From: Octopus vulgaris
Lineage: Eukaryota
Assembly: GCA_951406725.2 (NCBI GenBank)
Contig: OX597818.1
Coordinates: 63,674,001 to 63,738,000, forward strand
Direction: 5' to 3'
Length of the DNA stretch: 64,000 nt
A program made the position numbers and the translations under genes. Shown in pieces: positions 53,726 through 64,000 of this stretch (positions are counted from its first letter, which is position 1; each line of letters opens with the position of its first letter). The notes under the pieces were generated by a model that was not told the DNA's origin, searched no databases, and was given only the letters and a program-made list of their open reading frames with translations.

Positions 53726-56700
53726 CTCGCGCATGCACACATTAAAGTATTTAAAACATTTGCGAATGTTGTCCTTCGTACGAATTCTCCATTCGAATAT
53801 TCACCAATCATTCATTGAAGCTATTCGATAAAGCGGTTTAGGTGAATAATGTGCAACAGCTTTAGGTACTGCACGTTATTAATCAAAACTATATTGTTTT
53901 ATGTACATATAACTTCGCTTTGTGTTTTCTCCGATAATCAATATGATAGCGTATTCTAGGACAATTCTGGCACAGGAATATAATGATGCACAGATTGTCT
54001 CTCTCTTCTTACTCACTACACTATTTGCTAATATCATATTAAGTAAAATATGAAACTGTATTTCATGTGCTGAAGATAGGTCATAACATAGATGATATCT
54101 AGAATTAATATAACACATGTAAAACAGAGAAGGATGGTAACAGATCAAGGCTACATAACGACAATGCGTATGAGAGAAAAAATATCGAACGATTTATGGA
54201 AAACCAATATTATATGTAGACAGAATTGTGAACAGCTGCTGCGTATTTACATTGGATATATTATATCATCTTCACAGTTACATCAGTATTCCATGTCACC
54301 AATCATTTGGTGTTTCTGTCAGATTCTCCCTTCCAAAACAAAATATGATAATATTTTCAATACATATGGTGATATTTTCTCATTTTTTCTGAACTTCGTC
54401 TCTGAAACGCCTGGCAAATAAAACGAATTGGCAATGTTTTTCACATGCTAAATTTTATATAGAGAAAATTATGAGCACAAATATAAAGATACATGCATCT
54501 ATCAAAAGAGTTGTTTTTACAATTGTTGGTCTGCGAAAACATTGAGCAGTGATTTGTATTCCGATGCAGATGAGTTGATGTGTTCTCTAATGAGTTCTTA
54601 ATATCACAAATGGAATCGATGGAGGCATTATGCATCAAATTCGGGTGAAGTTGGCTGAAGTATTCCCGACTTCCAGATTCGTCGATCTCCAAAACGCACG
54701 GCCACTAATTATGAATTCTTTTAGAGGAGTAGATTCGAAGTCCACCAAGGTAAAGCAGTCACTAGATTAGCATTATAGGATTATTAGATAGAGAGACGAA
54801 TGGCTGACATGTCAATAACCACGTAAACTACATCAAACCATAAAAGTCACCGGAAAATTTTTAAAATATTTAAACTTGTCACCTCCAGGAGCAGGAGACG
54901 TCTGAGTACAAATACGCTCACTACTTGGACATCACTCACATAGCGAAACACACAAAAAAAAACCTCTCATCTAAGTGGCAGTTGATTACTCATCACCAAG
55001 ATGTATGACAGACATCAAGAAAGATCGCCAAGCAAATGTGGTAGAGCATGCTTGATGAGTATAGCCGAATGTACGGAACCAATCACTCGTATTCCGTTCT
55101 TTTAGAGGAAAATCTGGATTACTGAACGAGATATGTTTACGTCATCCTTTGAGCTCTATTCCATCTATAACCGACGAAGTACAGCCTCAGAATCTGGAGG
55201 AAAGATGTAAGTAGCGCTGAGAATTTCAGAAACTCTTTCTAACTTGAAACACATTTTAGATGTCGAAGGGAAGTGGATGACAATTATCACAAACATTGAT
55301 GAATTTAACGGACAGATATTACCTGAGAAATAAACAAATGAAGAATCACCTCAAAATACAAAACTAACATAACTCAACACCCGATGTTGTAAAATTCTTT
55401 AAGAATCATGATAGATGTCTGAAGATAAAACCAGCAGTTTACAGTCAATATAATATTTTGTGTGATGCGTCTGACTATTTTAAATAAAAATGAAGGATTT
55501 CCTGTGTAAACTCATGTCGACAAAATATGTTTCCTTTGTCAAGCAAAGCAGAACTCATTATAATGGCCCGACTTTCAGTTCACAATGTGTTCAGAACTGA
55601 AATTGTTCAACACCCAGATGGTTATGAATGTCATGAGGTTTACATCAAAATAGGGCATGGAGCTTCACACACTGTTAAATCAAAAACAGCCGACTGCAAC
55701 AAGGAATTTGCGTACACGTACATGCATACATTGTAATGTTGTTTTACATTGGTAATGCATAAAGAAAGTAGGTAAATACATGAGCATGTAAATATGGGCA
55801 GGAAAAGCTTCCCGAAATCATCTCTTTTCAAAATAGTTCGTATATATGACGATATGTCTGTGAAGACAGACAGACAGTTTTATATGATCGCTAACATGTT
55901 ATTAAAAGCAAGAGTTTTTTTCTCGACAAATATAACAATATATCAGTATAAACATAATGCGAAATATATATAGCTCAAGGTACCATTAAAAAGTTAGAAA
56001 GAAGCTGATGTGCATTAGATCGTTGCTATTTTAGGTTCGGCATACTTCGAAATACCTGTGTTACAATGAAACTTACTAAACCATCAAAACTGGAAAAATA
56101 CAAATAAATATTTGCACATGACCGTTACTATATATGCAAATATGTATGCGTGCGTACACCCATCACACGCATACACATACAGAAACACACAAGTGTATAT
56201 ATAAATTCCAATAATTGTATGTATATAATAATATGTGTGTGAGTCAGTAGGTGTGTGTGTGTGAGTCAGTAGGTGTGTGCGTGAGTAAATATGTGTAGGT
56301 GTATATATGTATATATTTGCATGGAACAGATTATGAAGGTGTTGACGAAAATCTCAGAAACAAATCGATATAAAATGACCGACACATAGCGAGTCAATTA
56401 TTTGTTATTGCGTTTATGTATTTCCTAACATTCGAGATACAATACAATGGCGAAAATGGTCCTGTTCAATTTTCATACTTGATTTTAAGCAGTCCTTTGC
56501 TTGAGGCAACACTCAGGGAAAGTATCTAAATATGTATTTCAACTTTTACAAATGCCATGTGGATCTCTTTGGGAAAATGTATTTGCTTGTAAATTTCAAT
56601 AAATTAATCTAATAGTGGCCTAACCTCATAAATGTACGAATATTTAATCGGAATGATATAAATTCATGCATGAAATAAGTGGCACATTATGAATAATAAT

Positions 56701-57990
56701 GATTTAGGAAGTATTTTCCAGAGAATATAATTCTTAAAATATTCTAAGTACCTATTTTCAAATTTAATACTCTGAATAAAATAGTACCAAAAGCAACCAA
56801 GCTCTTTGAATATTTTATGATTTCGTTGTATTTGTGTCACATTAATACAGCACGAACAACAAAGTACGAACATATCCGTATAGTAAACAGCGTATTTCAT
56901 TTGATGGAAATAATCTTTTATTGCCTTTTGAAATTTGAATGCAATGCACATATTTAGAATTACGTGGTTTAATATAGGATCAACGAAGGCAGTTTGCTTA
57001 AAGCGTTTGATTGAGAATTTTGTATCTCCTAGTTCCATATTATAGCAAACATTTTCTTGTTGATATTCGCTTGGCTATCAGGAGGTTACGTTCATTGTTC
57101 CCGCTGGAAGAGTTGCAAAGTCTCATTGATTCACTCGTTGGCAGCTCATCATTAATCACATTACTGTCTGTATATTGAGATAAAAATGTACTCGAAATCA
57201 TAAAATTTCTGCTGCGTTTTTCACTGTGTTTCCCTTATTATGAATATCGTTTAAAATATAAATATAAGCACATATGGACGAAAGTTGGGGAATTTATTTT
57301 GAAAAGATATGAAAATATGTATTCGTGAAATGATGTCTAAATGTTTGTATTCGCATAAACGTAAAATGTATTGCCGGTACTGCGCAGAAAGCATGAGTTG
57401 CATTGCACATTGGTGTTTTTAAGAGGAAATAAATTTATTTATTCAGCACGTTGAATCAATGTTAGGCATAGACAGAGCAAATACAGTAAACCTTGTAACT
57501 GAAACGATTTCAATATTCCCTTTTATGTTATCATTGACCGTTAAATCTGAACATAAAGTGTTTTGCATAACGAATTTTGTCTACAAAGAAACAGAGAATT
57601 TTGATATGGATTTTTATATGAGAAATGTGGACAAACTGTGGCTATCTAAAGCAGAGTTATTATGGTATTTAAACGATTTATTCAGATGAATGTACAAACG
57701 TGGGCTATGCAATCGATCAAAGCCATTATTTATAACGGAATGCACAGATTTAAGCAATTTTATAATATTAAAGGGAATCCAGTATAACAAATTTATGAAA
57801 TAAGCATTTGAATGAAGTTATAATTTCCACAGAACAAACGACAGCATTTACCAGAGAATAACTGATATACGGAGCACATTTACACTACTTAAAATATATT
57901 AGTTTTATTCATGGCATTAAATTCTTCCGGGACAACATAAGATATATGATTCAAACATATTCTGCACTATATTTATCTAACAAGTATGTC

Positions 57991-58578
57991 GTTAACTTCA
58001 CAATGTTCATGTCACAAGTCTACTAGGAACAAGTTATATTTAAACTAACTGAACAAGGAAAATATCATTAAGGATTAATACTGTGTCAAGTAAAACGTGG
58101 AAGCTAATATTAAACCATTTAGCATAAACGCTTGTGTACTGAGGTTCTTGCTTAACTCCGTCCGCAAATGTATTCGACGGAAATCATGTGGTAAGGCAGC
58201 GCTATACTACATAATGTGTCAAGAAAAACCTGATAGTAACACTATATTAAAAAATGAAAAACATTTAGCAAACTTAATGAAAGTAGAAACGTCGGTTCCT
58301 ACGGAAAAGCCATGTTAAAGTGGCGAGAAATATTACTTCTCGGTATAATTACTAGTTTCCTCTTTTGTAGAGATTCTCTAACTCAATCCCTATAGATATG
58401 GTTGGCCAAAAGTTATCCGAAAGTAAATCAAAATTCCATAAATACTTAATATTTAATTTCATTTATTCATTCCAATTATGAACGTTTCATAATTGAATGT
58501 TGTGAGTTATAATCTTTTCCTTTAATCTAAGTATTAAATAGTTTTGATTTACTGTCAGGTAACCTCTGGCCAACCCTG

Positions 58579-58677
<99 letters not shown>

Positions 58678-58833
58678 AGATAGATGTATAGATATAAAGA
58701 TACATAAATATATATATAGTGAAGTATATTTGCCACGTAAATGTGGCTAGACCCCTAAGGGTGGATGCAAATATACTTCACGATGTGTTGCAGCTACTGT
58801 TTATACCTCAGTCAGGGATTTATTATTGTTTAT

Positions 58834-58883
<50 letters not shown>

Positions 58884-59327
58884 TATTGAATAGAAGCGCA
58901 TGTGTGTGTGTTTGTGTATACACATTTGTGTGTGTGATCGTATAAGAGATATAAAATGAAAGAATGTAAATAAATGTCTATTGTCATTGAGTAATGTACA
59001 GAAACTAAATTAAACATGAAGTATATGAATAAAAGGCAGATACAAATAAAGTACAGAATGATGAGATGCTATATGACTAGCAACATTATCATTTCTGCGA
59101 GGAAGTGCAATATTTTCTTCTATAAATTATGTTACTTGGAAATATATTCCTACATAAGGCTGTGAATATACATTTCCAACTATATGCAGTCAAAGACACA
59201 AGCACGCAAACGGTCACACGCACCTTACACCATACATACATACATGTCTCTCATTTATTTCACTATTTCTCCTTACTTCTCTCTGTAACTGTCTGTCAGT
59301 CAATCTTCCTATCTATCAATCTATCTA

Positions 59328-59370
<43 letters not shown>

Positions 59371-59498
59371 ATCTTACTTCAACAATGTGCATCTCTCAAG
59401 CCTACTAGAAACAAGATATACATAAATTAACTGAAGAGGGGAAAATATCATTAAGGAATAATATTGTGTCAAGTAAAACGTGGCAGCTAACATTAAAC
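57991..59498 (+). repeat. Diverged direct duplication of ~125 bp (57991-58116 and 59374-59498)
   Basis: Shared ctactag.aacaag.tata...aactgaa...ggaaaatatcattaagga.taata.tgtgtcaagtaaaacgtgg.agctaa.attaaac. Confidence 0.75.
58396..58580. mobile_element. Tc1/mariner-type MITE
   Basis: ggttggccaaaagttatccgaaagtaaatcaaaa versus ttttgatttactgtcaggtaacctctggccaaccctg-TA. Confidence 0.7.
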
Positions 59499-59576
59499 TA
59501 TAGATCTATCTAACTCTCTATCTCTATCTCTCTCTCACTCTCTCTCTATCTCTCTCTCTCTCTATCTATCTATCTC

Positions 59577-59646
<70 letters not shown>

Positions 59647-60466
59647 ATCATCTGTCTATCTATATATATCTGTCTATCTATCATCTGTCTATCTATATCT
59701 ATATATCTGTCTATAGACGTAAAGGATACAAACATACATATATAAATATGTGCGGATGTGTGTATGTATATGTGCTTTTATGTGTTTGTGCGTCCGTCCG
59801 AGCGCATGCACAACACTACTAAATATTGCGTTAATAGCGCCAGAAAGACTGGCATATTATTGAGTGTTATTCAAACAGCGTTGCTTCTTCGTTTTACATT
59901 ATTTGAAATATTACTGTGTTTAACATAAGTAACAAACGGATAAAAATGTAAAACCAGGTAAAAGAAATATATTCTAAACAATGAATAAAAGATTCATACC
60001 ATTTTCAGATGCGCCATTTAAACTAATATACTATATATTGATGCGAATATACACTGGAGTTGATAATTTAAGATACATCTAAAAATAAACAGGAAGCTTT
60101 GGATAATTGTTACAAGATCATAATTCTGGTGCTGCCTACTTCGTTTTTGATGATGGTATTTTTTATTGTTATTATTCTGTCGAGTATTCTGTCAGTTAAG
60201 CATAACGCATTTTAGACATTATTTGCCAAATCTTCAGCAGTTTCCCGAAAAGACATGTAATGCAGTATATTCTGCGGTAACCTAATTTCGATGTGTGAAA
60301 CTGACAGATGCTTAGTTTAAAAAAATACCTATTGTTTTTCTGTTTCTCATGATTATCTCTCTACGCATCTTCTCACTTTTTTAAGATATATAATATTCTT
60401 GTTTAAGAATTTAAAAAATGGTTGTACTCTACAAAAGTATGCAGTAACCCATCAGACTAATGTAAA

Positions 60467-60521
<55 letters not shown>

Positions 60522-61254
60522 GAAAAGAGAAAATGCACATTGGATACAAAAAATAATGAAAAGAATAATGAATGTATATATTCCGAATTTGTGTAAATGT
60601 GTGTAGCGTAATATATCAGATGAATAAATTTAAAACACGGTCTATTTTTCACGCTTTTTGTCATTGTAATCTATTGCCGATCTGTTAATCATAAAAAAGA
60701 TGTGTTGTAATGTTCATAGAGTTCAATTAGCGCTTTCATACATTCGTAGTAATCATGAGATTTCAAAATGTATTTGACAGACAGTTGAGTTCTTGAAAAC
60801 TGTACTAAAACGACTGACTTCTTCCATTTCGTACGTCATACATGACTCCAAGAAGCTGAATTTTTCGAATACGGTTTTGACACAACCTCATGCCGCTTAA
60901 TCGTCACGGTTAACCGGGAGCACAGATATAACAGGCAAAGGTCCCGCCTTTATTTTAACCAATTAGCCTGTAGTTTACAAGTAATGGTTTTATAAGTGAA
61001 CAAACTTAGTTGGTTTTGATCGTCTTTATTCCAGTTGGCGGGAGCCTGGAGTAATTTGTTTATATTCATCTATTGAAGGTATTTGTAAGCCATATCATTA
61101 GCTGGCTGCTAATTTATTATTATTATTTCCGTTAAGAACAGGTTTGAACATTTTAGTAAAACGTATGTCTGTTATCTTTCTTCCAACCTCACCTGTGTCA
61201 TGTAGTTTGTAGAAAGGAAAAATTAGAAATATTTTCTGACTAAGTGTTTGTTGT

Positions 61255-61440
61255 GTTTTAGTCCTGATTGCGAGAGCGTGGGTTCGATTCCCAGACAGGC
61301 TTGGTGTTGTGGTCTTGAGCAAAGGACTTCATTTCACGTTGCTCTGCGATAATTTCATCTTCCAACATATGACACACGATGCACCTGTACAGGTGGTGTC
61401 GATTTGATGGTGGGTTTAAGATTATGTGCACAGCACATAA
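61255..61440 (+). mobile_element. Decayed tRNA/CORE-type SINE
   Basis: B box ggttcgattcccagac, then gtgttgtggtcttgagcaaaggacttcatttcacgttgctc. Confidence 0.55.
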
Positions 61441-61564
61441 TCTTATACATATGTATAGGCTCGAAACTTTAAATACTTTTTCACTCCCCGAGCATTATAC
61501 TAATACATCTGTTTGTTTTCTACACCGCAGGTCTTCCTCTTTTGTTTCTTTTTGTGAATTCTCC

Positions 61565-61634
<70 letters not shown>

Positions 61635-61639
<5 letters not shown>

Positions 61640-61832
61640 ATGCAAACAAGAAAGCACAAAAAAAATGCAACAACACGAGGACGTGGAAGAAATATAGTAT
61701 TATTGGACGCTCAGGAAAGAAGGGAGGTTTAACGTTTCGAGCGGAGTTCTTCATCGGAAACATAGGAAAAGGAAAGATCCAGAGAAGGGAAGAGAGAGGA
61801 AAAAAAATCGCCAACGGCTCACACGTGGTCAC
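61635..61832 (-). mobile_element. Second copy of the TA-flanked repeat, with minimal HHR variant at 61727-61761
   Basis: Minus strand gttt CCGATGA a gaac-tcc-gctc GAAA cg TT aaac; homologous to 18763-18958. Confidence 0.72.
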
Positions 61833-61863
<31 letters not shown>

Positions 61864-62446
61864 TGCATGTATGTATGAATTTATGTATGTATAGTGTTCT
61901 CTTCCGTAGTGGTAGAATCATCAAAAACATCTGGTGAGAGATAGATATTATTTTATAAGAACAATATATGTGCTACTATTATTTTCATATCCTGAGAAAA
62001 TGCCAAACATTGTTTTATAAAACGCCCAGTGTACCAGCACACATCAGTCACTGCCCACATGGCATAACAAACTAAGAATGGAATGCGATAAAAAGCGAAA
62101 CAAGGCGAGGAGGACAATATATCAAAAGTGGAAGGTTGAAGCATCTGAAAACGAAAAGTAATCAGAAAGATGTACAAGGGAAATAAAATTCATTATCCGT
62201 AGACCATAAATCATAATGCTGAAAAGGTTCTGGCTAAAAGCCCAGAGTTATTCAATCCGGTGGGTGAGTTACTTCTCAGTTCTTGAACAGAAATTTCACA
62301 TATGCGTACAATCGCTGAAAATTTCGGATACAGTGTTCAACATTAAGTTATAGTTGCTAGATCTGAAAATGTCTGGCATTTTCTTAGCATTTTCTTAGCA
62401 AATGCAACTAATAGTAATACATAAAAGCATATATGTCTTCACTAAA

Positions 62447-62492
<46 letters not shown>

Positions 62493-62907
62493 TCTTTAAT
62501 CTTACCTTCAGGGATTTTATTCTTTATTTTTGTTTTTACTAATCTTCTTTCTTCTTTCTCTTTAATTCTTTCCTTCTCTCCTCTTTTTATCTCTCTCTTT
62601 TTTTCTTTTAAACACAAACCTCGAATCTGCTACATTCTATATAAATTCCCTACTGGGAATGACCAACTTTAAGAGAATCTTACGTTGCTTATAAATTTTA
62701 CATTTGGATGGACTCATATTAAACTCATATTGGACTTTTGGATTTTACTCAACGGATATTGGAATAATACACATATATACCATTATGCCTATAAAACGGA
62801 TTTATGAACTCAATAACCGTACATATCTTACATATGTTTTCTTTCCTCCACCTCACTCTCTATATCACATGGAAACTAACTATGACTTCACTTTTCCTCT
62901 CACACCA

Positions 62908-62957
62908 TCTCCGATGAAGGGATATTATTAATTAATATCCTAAAAACAGCTGTAAGA
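62908..62957 (+). ncRNA. Variant/decayed hammerhead fold
   Basis: tct CCGATGA a gggatatta-ttaat-taatatcct aAAAA cagctg TA aga. Palindromic stem III, GAAA mutated. Confidence 0.55.
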
Positions 62958-63062
62958 CCTTCTATCTATAAATACTCTAATATCTATACAGCCTTGTTTT
63001 GTTTATCTCATTACGCAAAAAATTCATATATATATACATATATACATATATATATATATGTA

Positions 63063-64000
63063 GGCCCTGATAGATTTCCCGCTAGTCTCCTGAAGGAATG
63101 TAGATATCAACTTGCTGTCCCTCTGACCAACCTCTGGAGAAACTCGTTAGACGCAGGTTATATACCGAAACAGCTTCTATCCCAGTCGGTCATCCCGGTT
63201 TTCAAACAGGGAAACAGATCCCTCGCAGTCAACTATCGCCCAATCTCACTCACCTCCCACATCATTAAAGTGTTTGAAAGAGTGTTAAGATCAAAGATAG
63301 CTGACTTCCTGGAGACCCACAAACTCCTAAATTCAAATCAGCATGGCTTTCGCTGTGGCAGGGACTGTCTAACACAGCTCTTACACCACATTGAAGATGT
63401 ACTCAAAGCCTTGGGAACAGGTTCGAACTCTGACGTCATATATCTTGACTTCAGTAAAGCGTTCGACAGGGTAGACCATAACATCCTACTCTCAAAATTG
63501 GCAAATGTTGGAATCCGTGGAAAAGTTCTACGCTGGATTCAGTATTTCCTGGCGAATAGAACACAACATGTTGTAGTTGATGGAGTCCACTCAAACCCAG
63601 CAAAAGTCACCAGCGGTGTTCCCCAGGGAACTGTTTTGGGTCCGCTACTCTTCATAATTTACGTAAACGACCTTTCCAGTGTCGTACATCACTGCAAAGT
63701 GAAAATATTCGCTGATGACACTAAGCTCCAGCAAATCGTCAATGAAGAAGCAGACCGAACTCAACTCCAGTCTGATCTATATGCTGTGAGTCAATTGGCA
63801 GACAGAAACAAAATGCAACTGAATGAGGGAAAATTTGAGCTGATGCATTTTGGAAGAAATTCCTCACTAAAACAACCATACTCTCTTCCTTCAGGGGAAC
63901 CGCTCACAACCTCTAACAATATCAGAGACCTGGGTGTAATTGTTGATGAAGATCTCAGTTGGAGTGCACACATCAACAAGAAGGTCGATATAGCTCGTAG
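63063..64000 (+). CDS. CR1-clade LINE reverse transcriptase, 5'-truncated at (TA)n, frame open to the window end
   Basis: GPD..., NYRPISLTSHIIKVFER, QHGFR, YLDFSKAFDRVDH, SGVPQGTVLGPLLF, FADDTKL, RDLGV. No stop seen; not in the ORF track, presumably because it runs off the window. Confidence 0.93.

Noticed and set aside
54441-55736. Non-repetitive short ORFs as host exons
   Set aside because: No recognisable domain or consistent splice structure.

Overview
This is AT-rich animal genomic DNA saturated with microsatellites ((TA)n, (TATC)n, (TATG)n, (TAA)n, (CA)n). The repeat content (tRNA-headed SINEs with internal TA/TG tracts, Dong/R4, Penelope-like, CR1 and mariner elements) resembles an octopod cephalopod genome; that assignment is inference. 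No host protein-coding gene could be identified, and most ORF-track entries are microsatellite artefacts. Real coding remnants: a young 5'-truncated R4/Dong retrotransposon inside a (TAA)n tract (14.5-16.6 kb) plus two more Dong pieces (49-50.2 kb); a Penelope-like element (PLE) with RT, GIY-YIG and inverted pseudo-LTRs (22.7-27.3 kb); a second PLE GIY-YIG fragment (48.3 kb); an uninterrupted CR1-clade RT frame running off the window end; and three decayed mariners. A non-autonomous Helitron is also present. The most notable unannotated signal is a dense, sequence-diverse set of type I hammerhead-ribozyme (HHR) folds read by eye. Six copies have canonical cores and about eight are variant or decayed. 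They lie in the PLE termini and in short non-coding units next to TA microsatellites, several forming fold-back palindromes. One is a near-perfect 600-bp palindrome with a canonical HHR in each arm.
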